From the IMG/VR virus record IMGVR_UViG_3300025687_000023: DNA of 64,000 nucleotides, one strand, 5' to 3'. Positions 16,195 through 25,647 of this stretch are shown here, in pieces (positions within the stretch are counted from its first letter, which is position 1; every line of letters starts with the position of its first letter). Under the pieces are notes generated by a model. The model searched no databases. It was given only the letters and a program-made list of their open reading frames with translations, and was not told the DNA's origin. Position numbers and translations under genes: made by a program. Source of the stretch: an uncultured virus (IMG/VR IMGVR_UViG_3300025687_000023). Its lineage: Duplodnaviria; Heunggongvirae; Uroviricota; Caudoviricetes.

Positions 16195-17216
16195 TAATAG
16201 GAACAGTAGCATTGTCTACAAACCAAGGATTAGGATATCTTGTTAGAGATTTTTACAGGAATGGCTTGATTCAAAAGGTATTGATACAATCTCATGCAGA
16301 TAAAAAAAACAATCCTGACTGGTTTAATAAAGAAGTAATTGATCTAGATGTCTGTGCTGATTGGCCATATTCCAAAACTATTTCAAAAGAAAATTTAATT
16401 AAAATAACGTCATTTTTAAAAGAAATAAACATTTTATTATTATTTGAAACACCTTTTTATCTAGATATTTTTAAATTAGCCAAATCTGTCGGTGTTAAGA
16501 CAATTTTATTTCCCATGTATGAAATTACACCGTTTCCCATGTATCCAGATGCATTTATCACAACATCAGATTTAGACCATCAATACTATACAAAACTTTA
16601 TCCTAAAATAAAGTCATATAGAATCAACATTCCAGTGCCTTCTGAGATTAAATGGAATAAAAGAAAAACGGCAAAAACTTTTATTCATAATTCTGGAAAC
16701 GGAGGAACATATGGTAGAAACGGAACAAGTGAACTAATAGAGTCTATGGAATATGTGAAAAGTCCAATAAAATTAATAGTCAGAAGCCAAAAACCTATTG
16801 AAATTCCAAAAGACAGTAGAATTGAAGTAATTAACAAAAGTGTAAAATTTGAAGATTTGTGGTCTTCTGGAGATGTCTTTATCTTTCCAGAAAAATTTAA
16901 TGGACTATCTTTACCTATTCAAGAAGCTTATGCAAGTGGATTAGCTGTTATGTGTGGAGATAGATTTCCTATGAATCAGTGGCTCCCTAAAGAGATTCTA
17001 ATACCAGTTGAAAATTATGAAACCAAAAACATCACAAACGTTAAGTTTAAATCTGCAATATTTTGCAAAAAAAATATTGCAAAAACTATAGATATATGGT
17101 ACAATAAAGAAATAGAGGAAATCTCTATTAAAGGAAAAAAATGGTACGAAGAAAACAATTGGTCTACTCTCAAACAAAAGTACTTAAATATTTTTCAAGA
17201 GGTTATTAATGGGTAG
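16191..17216 (+). CDS. glycosyltransferase, GT-B
   Basis: DVFIFPEKFNGLSLPIQEAYASG. Confidence 0.8.
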   Translation: MIIGTVALSTNQGLGYLVRDFYRNGLIQKVLIQSHADKKNNPDWFNKEVIDLDVCADWPYSKTISKENLIKITSFLKEINILLLFETPFYLDIFKLAKSVGVKTILFPMYEITPFPMYPDAFITTSDLDHQYYTKLYPKIKSYRINIPVPSEIKWNKRKTAKTFIHNSGNGGTYGRNGTSELIESMEYVKSPIKLIVRSQKPIEIPKDSRIEVINKSVKFEDLWSSGDVFIFPEKFNGLSLPIQEAYASGLAVMCGDRFPMNQWLPKEILIPVENYETKNITNVKFKSAIFCKKNIAKTIDIWYNKEIEEISIKGKKWYEENNWSTLKQKYLNIFQEVING

Positions 17217-17859
17217 TAAAGACAACAACGATAGAATTGAATTGAAAAAGATAATAGAAATCTGTAATGAATTCAACATTTCAATAGATTCAATTTTAGA
17301 AGTGGGTTCTATGACTGGAGATGATTCAAAATACCTATCAGAATTGCTAAATGTAGAAGCAGATTGTGTCTATATACTAGAGCCACATCCAGCTCATTTC
17401 AAAAGAATAATGAAGAAATATCCACAATTTAATGTATTTAACTTAGCTGCTTGGAAAGAAGACGGAGAAATGATTTTTCATGCTGGGAAAGATATTGATG
17501 ATGGAAGATCTTCGGTATTAGAGAGAGAGTATAAAAAGGATTCTTTTCTTAAAGTAAAAGTAAGAGTGATTAAAATTGGCAATTTTATACAAGAAAATAT
17601 TTCAAAACAAAATATTTGTTGCAAAATAGATGTAGAAGGAGCAGCTTACGAAGTACTTTCTGGTTTTGAAGATAAGTTGGAAAAGATAAAATTATTACAA
17701 ATAGAAACAGAACAGAAAGAAATTTGGAAAAATCAAAAAACACATAAAGACGTAGAAGCATTCTTGCTAGAGAAGGGTTTTGAAAAACTTTGGGAAACAA
17801 AACTAGGTGCTACACAAATTGATTCAATCTGGAGAAAAAATGAAAATAAGTTTAATTAA
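17209..17859 (+). CDS. FkbM-family SAM methyltransferase
   Basis: ILEVGS..GD, LEPHP, KIDVEGAAYEVLSG. Confidence 0.85.
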   Translation: MGSKDNNDRIELKKIIEICNEFNISIDSILEVGSMTGDDSKYLSELLNVEADCVYILEPHPAHFKRIMKKYPQFNVFNLAAWKEDGEMIFHAGKDIDDGRSSVLEREYKKDSFLKVKVRVIKIGNFIQENISKQNICCKIDVEGAAYEVLSGFEDKLEKIKLLQIETEQKEIWKNQKTHKDVEAFLLEKGFEKLWETKLGATQIDSIWRKNENKFN

Positions 17860-18697
17860 ATCTTCATCAAATAACTTAAACCCATGGGTTCCTGAGTTAG
17901 AAAAACAAGGAATAGAAGTTCTTGTAAATAAAGTAGACAATGATTGTGATTTTATTGTTTTAGCCACAAATTCACAACTGTCTAGATTAGAAGATTTTCA
18001 CAAAAAATACCCAAATATAAGAATCATCTGCTATGCTTGGGACCTTTACGAATGGATCTGGAAACATCCAAGAGGATATGATTGGAAAGGTTTTGGCGAA
18101 TATCTAAAGAAAAGTGTAGAAATTTGGGTTCCGTCTGAAGAAGTTGCACTACGAGTAGAAGAATACTTTGGAGTTGGAGATAAATGCCAAACAATACATA
18201 CGTTTGCAAGATTCTTTTCTGCAAGTGAGGATGATATCAAAGACAATAGATATATATACAACCCTTTAAGAGACATACCAGATAGAAACAATGGGTGGTT
18301 AAAAAAGGTGTGTTCGAAGTACAATCTTCCTTTGCACGAAAGCAGACACAGATTATCAGAAGATGAATTTCAGAAAAAAATTCTAGAATGTTCCTTTATG
18401 GTTTGCGAATATTACGAAGCTTCAACAGGTGGACTAACTCTTTTAGAGGGTTTTTATCATGGAAAACCCTGTATAGTCAGTGACTCTAAGTACATGGGAG
18501 CAAAAGAATACTTAAAAGAACAAGCAATATATTTCAAACACGATAGTTACGAAGATTTTGAAAAAACTGTTTTAGAAACTTGGAACAATACACCAAAACT
18601 AAAATTAGAAAACACAAGAGAATTTTTCAATGATTTAACAATAGAAAAAATGGTAGAAAAAATGATAGAAAGAATGGAGAAATTAAATGAACAATAA
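17840..18697 (+). CDS. glycosyltransferase-like protein (GT-B)
   Basis: EASTGGLTLLEGFYHGKPCIVSD; start moved to ATG 17840 (GGAG SD). Confidence 0.7.
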   Translation: MKISLIKSSSNNLNPWVPELEKQGIEVLVNKVDNDCDFIVLATNSQLSRLEDFHKKYPNIRIICYAWDLYEWIWKHPRGYDWKGFGEYLKKSVEIWVPSEEVALRVEEYFGVGDKCQTIHTFARFFSASEDDIKDNRYIYNPLRDIPDRNNGWLKKVCSKYNLPLHESRHRLSEDEFQKKILECSFMVCEYYEASTGGLTLLEGFYHGKPCIVSDSKYMGAKEYLKEQAIYFKHDSYEDFEKTVLETWNNTPKLKLENTREFFNDLTIEKMVEKMIERMEKLNEQ

Positions 18698-19400
18698 ACC
18701 AAAAATACTAGGAAATAATGTAAAAATACATCCAAGTGTCAAATTTGGCATAAATGTTATTATTTACGATAATGTTGAGATAGGAGAGCAAACAATAATA
18801 TCGCATAACTGTATTATCGGAGACTCAGATATTAAACTTTACAAATCTAAAAACCACCAATCAAAAAAAACAATTATAGGAAAAAATTCCTTTATAAGGC
18901 CCTACACAATGATTTCTGAAGATGTACAAATTGGTGACAATTTTCAATGTGGCGATAAGGTAATGATGCGTAAGAACACAAGAATAGGGAATGACTGCTC
19001 CATTGGAACAATGTGTGATTTACAAGGTAACATAGTGATCGGAAATAATGTGAGATTTCATTCAAATGTACATATCGGAATGAAAACAGTTATCAAAAAC
19101 AATGTCTGGATTTATCCATATGTTGTTGTAACAAATGACCCAAATCCACCTAAAGGAGAACTATTATCTACAACAATAGAATCTTACTCGCAAATAGCAA
19201 GCAATTCAGTTTTAATGCCTGGTATCACTATCGGTGAGTCTTCTTTTGTTGGAGCTAATTCTTTAGTAGTTAAAAGTGTAGAAAAAGAAACCTTGGTTTA
19301 CGGCTCACCAGCCAAGTCTATTTGTAGTGTTAGAGAGGTTAAAGATATTCATGGTAATTCATACTTGCCATGGCAAGAATTTATAGGAGAAAATAAATGA
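18687..19400 (+). CDS. hexapeptide-repeat sugar N-acetyltransferase (WbpD/FdtC-like)
   Basis: Left-handed beta-helix repeats IGxN; VVVTNDP; IGESSFVGANSLV; YGSPAK. Confidence 0.85.
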   Translation: MNNKPKILGNNVKIHPSVKFGINVIIYDNVEIGEQTIISHNCIIGDSDIKLYKSKNHQSKKTIIGKNSFIRPYTMISEDVQIGDNFQCGDKVMMRKNTRIGNDCSIGTMCDLQGNIVIGNNVRFHSNVHIGMKTVIKNNVWIYPYVVVTNDPNPPKGELLSTTIESYSQIASNSVLMPGITIGESSFVGANSLVVKSVEKETLVYGSPAKSICSVREVKDIHGNSYLPWQEFIGENK

Positions 19401-20350
19401 GAAATATAAAAAACTGTAATGTATGTGTTATAGGTGGAGCTGGCTTTCTTGGCTCTCATCTAGTTGATCATCTAATAGATGATCGAGAATGTAAAGTGTT
19501 AGTTCTTGATAATCTAATCACAGGATTGAAAAAGCATTTAAATGAAAAAGCTAAATTCCTATGGTTTGATATCAGAGATGATGAAAACGACTTAGCAAAA
19601 GTGTTTATTGACAACAAAATTGATTATGTATTCAATTATGCTGCTGAACCTTATATACCAGAATGCTTTGAAAGGCCAATGCATTTTTTTGATATTAATG
19701 CAACTTCTGTCTTGAGGGTCCTAAATGCATGTCAAAAAGCAGGAATCAAAGGAGTTTTACAAGTCTCATCAGCTGAGATATATGGTGATATGACCGGTAA
19801 AATTACTGAAGAAGATCCTATCGTACCTCACTCTACTTATGGAGTTTCAAAAGTAGCTGCTGACGGACTAGTACAAGTTCGCTGGAGAGAAGCGGGCGTA
19901 CCTGCAATTGCTATGAGACAATTTAACTGTGTTGGTGAAAGGGAAACACATCCTTATGTAATACCAGAAATTATTAGTCAATTAAATCAAAGTAACAAAA
20001 TAAAACTTGGAAATAATTCTTTCAGAGACTTTCAATACTCTCGCGACGCAGTAACAATGGCTGTTGAACTCCTAGAAAAAGGAGATTTTGGAGAAGTATA
20101 CAATATGGGCTCTGAAGGTGGAATCAAGATTTATGAATTAGCAAAATTAATAGGTGAGCTGATGGGGCATGAAGAGGTAATTATCGAAGTCGATCAAGAA
20201 AGAGTTAGGCCTTGGGAGATATGGCATCTCCAATCTGATAACACTAAGTTATATAAAGCAATTGGTAAGAGAGAGACTACTTCATTACGAGATGCTTTAA
20301 AGAAGACTATTGAATACTATAGAGCTAATAATAACAAGTGGGACTGGTAA
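19397..20350 (+). CDS. NAD-dependent nucleotide-sugar epimerase/dehydratase (SDR)
   Basis: GGAGFLG, SSAEIYG, YGVSK (YxxxK), RDFQY. Confidence 0.9.
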   Translation: MRNIKNCNVCVIGGAGFLGSHLVDHLIDDRECKVLVLDNLITGLKKHLNEKAKFLWFDIRDDENDLAKVFIDNKIDYVFNYAAEPYIPECFERPMHFFDINATSVLRVLNACQKAGIKGVLQVSSAEIYGDMTGKITEEDPIVPHSTYGVSKVAADGLVQVRWREAGVPAIAMRQFNCVGERETHPYVIPEIISQLNQSNKIKLGNNSFRDFQYSRDAVTMAVELLEKGDFGEVYNMGSEGGIKIYELAKLIGELMGHEEVIIEVDQERVRPWEIWHLQSDNTKLYKAIGKRETTSLRDALKKTIEYYRANNNKWDW

Positions 20351-20880
20351 TGTCTAAAATTAATAATGAAAACTTTTGGCATAATCGTTTAGCTTATGCT
20401 AAAAGTCTAGCTAAAAATGATGAGATGATACACTTTTCTGTTTTTAAAGTATCAAAAGAGTATTGGGATAAAATTCAAAAAAGTCATGAAAAAGTAATAC
20501 TTGAGAACATTGATATTGATGGAGATAAGATTCTGGATATTGGCTGCGCTTTCGGTAGAGACTACATTAAAAATATGAAAAACTATGTTGGAATTGATTT
20601 TTCAAAAGATTTTATAAACGAAGCAAAAAGAAGATTTCCTGATAAAGAATTTGTTGTGACCAAAATGGAAGACTTTGAAACAAAAGAAAAGTTTGATTGG
20701 GGAATTTTATCTAGTATCAAAAGAATGATAATAAGAGAAAATGGTCTTGAAGATTGGAATAAGAAAGAAGAACATTTAAAGAAAATATGTAAAAGAATTC
20801 TAGTTTTAGAATACACAGAAGCTGCTGAAGATGAGAACTATGTAGCAACAGAAATTATTGAAGGATATCATGATATATAA
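20350..20880 (+). CDS. class I SAM-dependent methyltransferase
   Basis: ILDIGCAFGR, YVGIDFS; start via TAATG overlap. Confidence 0.8.
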   Translation: MSKINNENFWHNRLAYAKSLAKNDEMIHFSVFKVSKEYWDKIQKSHEKVILENIDIDGDKILDIGCAFGRDYIKNMKNYVGIDFSKDFINEAKRRFPDKEFVVTKMEDFETKEKFDWGILSSIKRMIIRENGLEDWNKKEEHLKKICKRILVLEYTEAAEDENYVATEIIEGYHDI

Positions 20881-21838
20881 GAAATTAGAAGAACAATATG
20901 CTAAATACATTGGCACTAAAAATTGCGTAGCAGTGAACACAGGAACTGCTGCTTTACATGTAACTTTAGAAGCTCTACAGTTACCAGAAGGCTCTAAAGT
21001 TATAGTACCTGATTTTACAATGTACGCTTCTGGCCTAGCAGTATATTATGCAAGACTTGAACCTGTGTTTGTTGATTGCGATGAAAATCTTTTAATTGAT
21101 CTTGATCAAGTAGAACAATTGATTGATGAAAAAACAAAAGTATTGATGGTTACACACATTTATGGAAGAGTGGTAGACATGACTCGTGTTATGAAAATAG
21201 CAAAAAAACATAACTTAAGAGTAATAGAAGATGCTTGCGAAGCTCAAGGAGCTATTCAAAATGGCAAAATGATAGGGTCTTTTGATATTGGATGCTTTTC
21301 ATTTTATAGAAACAAAATAATACGTGGCGAAGAAGGCGGTGCGATAACTACCAATGACACTGAATTATCTGAAAAGATAGCTGACATGAAAAGTATGGCC
21401 TTTGGAGATACACATAATTACTATCATAAAACTATTGGATTTAATTATAGAATTACAGATTTACAATCTGAGTTAATTTTAAACTCTTTAAGCAATGTTG
21501 AAGAAAATCTGTCAATACGAAAAGAAATAACAGATAAGTTCAACACTTTGTTTCCCCAAAAATATAAGATGCCAAATAATAGAGAAGTAGTGTGGGTTTA
21601 TGACATGATACACCCAAATGCAGATAAAGTGGTCAAGAAGCTGAAATCAATAGGGATAAACGCAAGACATTCCTTTAAGCCAATGTCCATGATGCCTCTT
21701 TTTAAAAAACAAAAAGTAGGGCCTGTTTCTTTAAAAAAATCAAAAGAAGTTTTTTATTTGCACATTGATACAAAGTGGACAGAAAAAGATATTAAAGAAG
21801 TTTATAATGCTACAATTAATGTTTTGGAGAATACATGA
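20870..21838 (+). CDS. DegT/DnrJ/EryC1/StrS PLP-dependent sugar aminotransferase
   Basis: NTGTAALH, IEDACEA, SFYRNK..EGG, GFNYR; likely start ATG 20870 (AAGGA SD). Confidence 0.9.
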   Translation: MIYKKLEEQYAKYIGTKNCVAVNTGTAALHVTLEALQLPEGSKVIVPDFTMYASGLAVYYARLEPVFVDCDENLLIDLDQVEQLIDEKTKVLMVTHIYGRVVDMTRVMKIAKKHNLRVIEDACEAQGAIQNGKMIGSFDIGCFSFYRNKIIRGEEGGAITTNDTELSEKIADMKSMAFGDTHNYYHKTIGFNYRITDLQSELILNSLSNVEENLSIRKEITDKFNTLFPQKYKMPNNREVVWVYDMIHPNADKVVKKLKSIGINARHSFKPMSMMPLFKKQKVGPVSLKKSKEVFYLHIDTKWTEKDIKEVYNATINVLENT

Positions 21839-22665
21839 AAATAAAGATAGGTTTAGTAGGAAATGGGTTTGTTGGTAACGCTATCAACGAAGGAATGAAA
21901 GATTTTTACGATATTCAAATTTATGACATTGACAGTAGCAAGTGTTATAATACACTAGATGAAGTATCAAAAAATAATATCATCTTTATTTGTGTTCCAA
22001 CTCCAATTGATCAAGATGGAAAATTTGTTTTAGACTTTTTGGAAACAGCCATAGAGAAATTATCAAATAACAAGATTTTGATCATAAAGTCTACAATAAC
22101 ACCAGCAGCTGCTGATAAGCTAGTAAAAATGTTTCCAAATCAAAATTTAGTATTTAATCCAGAATTCTTAACAGAAAGAACAGCAGTTAAAGATTTTAAA
22201 AACCAAAAAAGAATAGTCCTAGGAGGTGCCAAAGTGCCTATGGATAAAGTAGAAGAAATGTATAGAAAAGTATTTCCAAAAGTTAAGATAATAAAAACAG
22301 ACTACAAAACAGCTTGTTTTATCAAATACTTTTGTAACTGTTTTTTTGCTGCAAAAGTTTCTTTAATGAATGAGTTTTACCAAATAGCCGAAGCTGAAGG
22401 TGCTAATTGGAATGTAGCTTTAGACGGACTGTTATCCTCGGAGTGGGTAAACCCAATGCATACACAAGTTCCTGGTCCTGATGGTGATTATGGTTTTGGA
22501 GGAAAATGCTTTCCCAAAGATATCAATGCTTTTATTGATTATGCTGAAAATCTAGATATCGATGCACTAGGATTGAAAGCTGCATGGAATAAAAATCTTG
22601 AGATAAGAAAGAATAAAAACTGGCTTCAAATTGATGGAGCTGTAATTACAAAGGAGAAAAAATGA
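21835..22665 (+). CDS. UDP-glucose/GDP-mannose dehydrogenase family protein (short form)
   Basis: GNGFVG, CVPTP, IKST, NPEFL, GFGGKCFPKD; lacks the usual C-terminal domain. Confidence 0.88.
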   Translation: MKIKIGLVGNGFVGNAINEGMKDFYDIQIYDIDSSKCYNTLDEVSKNNIIFICVPTPIDQDGKFVLDFLETAIEKLSNNKILIIKSTITPAAADKLVKMFPNQNLVFNPEFLTERTAVKDFKNQKRIVLGGAKVPMDKVEEMYRKVFPKVKIIKTDYKTACFIKYFCNCFFAAKVSLMNEFYQIAEAEGANWNVALDGLLSSEWVNPMHTQVPGPDGDYGFGGKCFPKDINAFIDYAENLDIDALGLKAAWNKNLEIRKNKNWLQIDGAVITKEKK

Positions 22666-22847
22666 AATTATCTGATCAAGCACTTGGAGCTATTATGATG
22701 GCTCTTCAAAAAGCTCTAACTGAGCAAACGGACATTGTTCCTGTTCTCAAATCTTTCGAACTGGATCTTATGGACAACGGAGAACTTCTTGTTAAGAACC
22801 CTCCAGTTGTCAAAACAAATGTAAACGTTGGCGTTAAAGATGCCTAG
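22662..22847 (+). CDS. small hypothetical protein
   Basis: 61 aa, AAGGAG SD, ATGA overlap. Confidence 0.7.
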   Translation: MKLSDQALGAIMMALQKALTEQTDIVPVLKSFELDLMDNGELLVKNPPVVKTNVNVGVKDA

Positions 22848-23091
22848 ATACGTCTACAGATGTTCTAAATGCGAGGGAGAGTTCCAAGTTCATCATGGTA
22901 TGAATGAGAAGCAAGACAAATGTGAACTATGTTATTCTCATGTCTCCGAGCTTGAACGCATCCCTCAATTAACTTCTATCTCCAAGCCTCCGTCGGAAGA
23001 GGGAAAGAGAGTTAAGGAAGCTATTGAGGACAACAAGAAAATCTTTAAAGAACTATATAACGAAGCGAGGAATCAAACTTATGATGATTGA
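22840..23091 (+). CDS. FmdB-like zinc-ribbon protein
   Basis: MPRYVYRCSKC..CELC; start moved to ATG 22840. Confidence 0.8.
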   Translation: MPRYVYRCSKCEGEFQVHHGMNEKQDKCELCYSHVSELERIPQLTSISKPPSEEGKRVKEAIEDNKKIFKELYNEARNQTYDD

Positions 23092-23506
23092 TGCTGCATT
23101 GGGAATTGCCCTATTAATAAGCTTAGGAAGCAATTTAATAGCCTTTTATTACATTCGGGACCTACTAGGTAGGCTTGGCTGGTTAACGCAAAATTTGGCT
23201 AATTTAAGCGAATTAATAAGGGGTTTTCAAGAACACATAAGAGGAGTTTATGAATTAGAAAAGTTTTATGGAGATGATGATGTAAAATTACTAGTTCAAC
23301 ACACGAATGATTTGATAGAGGTCATGGATGATTATTTGGAAGTCGGTCTTGATTCTGAATTAATCGAGGAAGATTTAACAGAGGACATAACAAATGACAC
23401 AAAGACGAAGAAAGACAGAGAACAAAAAGATGTACTTTACTCAGACTCACGAGGACGCGATTCTGAAGTATTGCGATCCGGCTACAACATACCTGGAGAA
23501 ATGTAA
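23081..23506 (+). CDS. N-terminally membrane-anchored helical protein
   Basis: MMIDAALGIALLISLGSNLIAFYYI hydrophobic segment; GAGG SD; start moved to 23081. Confidence 0.65.
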   Translation: MMIDAALGIALLISLGSNLIAFYYIRDLLGRLGWLTQNLANLSELIRGFQEHIRGVYELEKFYGDDDVKLLVQHTNDLIEVMDDYLEVGLDSELIEEDLTEDITNDTKTKKDREQKDVLYSDSRGRDSEVLRSGYNIPGEM

Positions 23507-24092
23507 TTTATATGAAAATTTAATCCAACCAGCTTTTAATGAAATGGTTGATAAGATAGTTTTTACTTATAGATTCACAACACTCCCTAACATTGAAGAA
23601 TTAAGAGATGACTGCAAAGTATGGCTAACTACCATCTTAGCAAAATACGATCCAAATCGTGGATCAAAAGCATTTTCTTATTTTTCAGTAATAACCAAAA
23701 ACTGGTTTATTGCACAAGTAAAAAAGAATTCTAAAAGAGCTAAACGAGAAGTAGATTACGAATCAGCTGATGCTGAATTGCAAAAATCCAGAATGACATC
23801 AGAAATAACATACATTCAAGATGAAATTGAAAAAGAATTTTGGGAAAATCTAAATAAAGAAATTGATTCTTGGGATTCAAAAAGCATGAATGAGAATGAA
23901 AAAAAAGTTTTAGATGCAATAAAAATATTAATAAATTCAGTTAACGAAATTGATATTTTAAACAAAAAAGCTGTTTATCTTTATCTTCGAGAGCTAACAG
24001 GATTTTCAACAAAACAAATTGTTTCTCAATTAAATAAACTAAGAAAGAGATACAAAATGTTTAAAGATAACTGGGACGAAGGTAAAATTTAG
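23394..24092 (+). CDS. phage sigma factor, T4 gp55-like (late transcription)
   Basis: KYDPNRGSKAFSYFSVITKNWFIAQVKK matches the sigma region-2 pattern of gp55 homologues (xFDP.K..nPFAYF..I....F...I.K); possible C-terminal HTH; GAGGA SD. Confidence 0.75.
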   Translation: MTQRRRKTENKKMYFTQTHEDAILKYCDPATTYLEKCNLYENLIQPAFNEMVDKIVFTYRFTTLPNIEELRDDCKVWLTTILAKYDPNRGSKAFSYFSVITKNWFIAQVKKNSKRAKREVDYESADAELQKSRMTSEITYIQDEIEKEFWENLNKEIDSWDSKSMNENEKKVLDAIKILINSVNEIDILNKKAVYLYLRELTGFSTKQIVSQLNKLRKRYKMFKDNWDEGKI

Positions 24093-24097
24093 TAAAG

Positions 24098-24105
24098 ACT
24101 AATTA
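24098..24105 (+). promoter_or_regulatory. putative late promoter motif ACTAATTA (leaderless context), start of the tail module
   Basis: Starts 12 nt before ATG 24110; no SD. Confidence 0.55.
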
Positions 24106-24109
24106 TTGT

Positions 24110-24397
24110 ATGTCAAAAAAACTAGATGAAATAATACAAAAAACACTTGCCAACATAGAGGAAGATCGTTTGGTTACTCGAGATTTACTCGAGGATGCTA
24201 TGGAATATCTTGCAAAAGATGAACATCGTCATAGAGAAATTGGTCTTACTTTAGCTAAGTATGTTGAAACCCTTCAACGTTCAAATGAACAAATGGTGAA
24301 GGTTGCTTCTCTTATTCAAAAAGAAGAAAAGAAAGAGGATGGGATCTCGAAAGAAGAGATGGATAATTTATTCTCTGCGATTGCGGAGAAAGATTAA
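24110..24397 (+). CDS. helical hypothetical protein
   Basis: 95 aa, TAATG-coupled to the next gene. Confidence 0.7.
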   Translation: MSKKLDEIIQKTLANIEEDRLVTRDLLEDAMEYLAKDEHRHREIGLTLAKYVETLQRSNEQMVKVASLIQKEEKKEDGISKEEMDNLFSAIAEKD

Positions 24398-25647
24398 TGG
24401 CTAAAACTTTTGATAGAATATCTACTTTTCTAGCCAAACCTAGAACAAGAGTAAAACACTCTAATGATAGAATTATAGAGTTAGAAACTAAAAAAGAACT
24501 TAATAAATTCTTAGGAAAGACACAATTTACAGCTAGAGTTGTTGGTTTACCTAGAATAGACGAAGGAGCTGTATTCACATTGGCTAGTTCTGCTAATGAT
24601 GATTTAAATGAAAACATTGTTTATGTTAGACTAGACGAAATAGAAGATTATTTTTTACCTGATCCTTCTACTACAAAATTAGACGGAGCACAACAACTTA
24701 TAGATTTAATCTTAGCGCACCCTGTAGCTGTTATAGGACCAAATGTTACTGGTATCAAACTAGGCAGCTTAGTTGTTTGTGAATTTGATGAAAACCCTGG
24801 TAACCTAGGTAAACAAAGAGGATTAAAAGTAGTCGGATCTCTAGCTACATCTGACCAAGAAGAATATGCTGATTTGATAATGAAAAAATTATTAGCTTCT
24901 GAGCTAACTGCTGCACAATTAGCTATGGAGAATGGTGGGTACCAACAACAATCTACAGTAGAAAATCCCAGTACTGAAGATTTTGTAGGACGTTATTCCC
25001 AAGCTTCAACAACAATTAAAAGATTTCTTGACGACCTTGTTGTAATCATTAAAAACAATAATAGGAAAGATTTATTACCAATTAAAGTTGGATCTTTGTT
25101 TAGATCATTGGGAGATCAAGCTACAATAATGTGGGAAAATGTTGTTGAAGGAAAACAAGCAGCCAAAATGGGTTGGTTTGATACAACGTATAAACCGAAT
25201 AAATCATATGCTTCTTATGTAGCAACTGCTACAATAGGAACAAATTATGGATTTTACGGTACTGAGACAAAGAAAGGTGGTTATATGAGAAAATATATGC
25301 AGTATGAAGCCAAATTAGTATTACAAGATGGAATTGATAAAAAAATAACTAAAACCGATGGAGTAAAGAAAATAACTGAGATATATGAAAAATATTTTAA
25401 AAATTATCAAATTGTCCCATCTAGACACAATCTTGGAGAAGCTGTAGATATCAAAACATCTAATGGCTCAAGAGCCGATATTCCTGCTAACGAATACACA
25501 ACTCAACAAAAAGAAGATTTAAAAAAGTTTGCAAAACAATCAAAATATTGTACATTTGCAAATATTGAAAGTTTAGATAAAAGAGGGGAGCATTTACACT
25601 GTAATGCTAAAAAAGAAGAAGGAGGTAGCCATGGCTCGGATATATAA
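24397..25647 (+). CDS. putative baseplate hub protein with an M15-like (LAS) peptidoglycan peptidase domain
   Basis: SLFRS..DQ, SRHNLGEAVD (H-x6-D), EHLH (HxH); beta-rich OB-like N-terminus. Confidence 0.65.
   Translation: MAKTFDRISTFLAKPRTRVKHSNDRIIELETKKELNKFLGKTQFTARVVGLPRIDEGAVFTLASSANDDLNENIVYVRLDEIEDYFLPDPSTTKLDGAQQLIDLILAHPVAVIGPNVTGIKLGSLVVCEFDENPGNLGKQRGLKVVGSLATSDQEEYADLIMKKLLASELTAAQLAMENGGYQQQSTVENPSTEDFVGRYSQASTTIKRFLDDLVVIIKNNNRKDLLPIKVGSLFRSLGDQATIMWENVVEGKQAAKMGWFDTTYKPNKSYASYVATATIGTNYGFYGTETKKGGYMRKYMQYEAKLVLQDGIDKKITKTDGVKKITEIYEKYFKNYQIVPSRHNLGEAVDIKTSNGSRADIPANEYTTQQKEDLKKFAKQSKYCTFANIESLDKRGEHLHCNAKKEEGGSHGSDI

Noticed and set aside
24110..24397. Terminase small subunit call
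   Set aside because: Only size and helicity fit; no motif and no large terminase nearby
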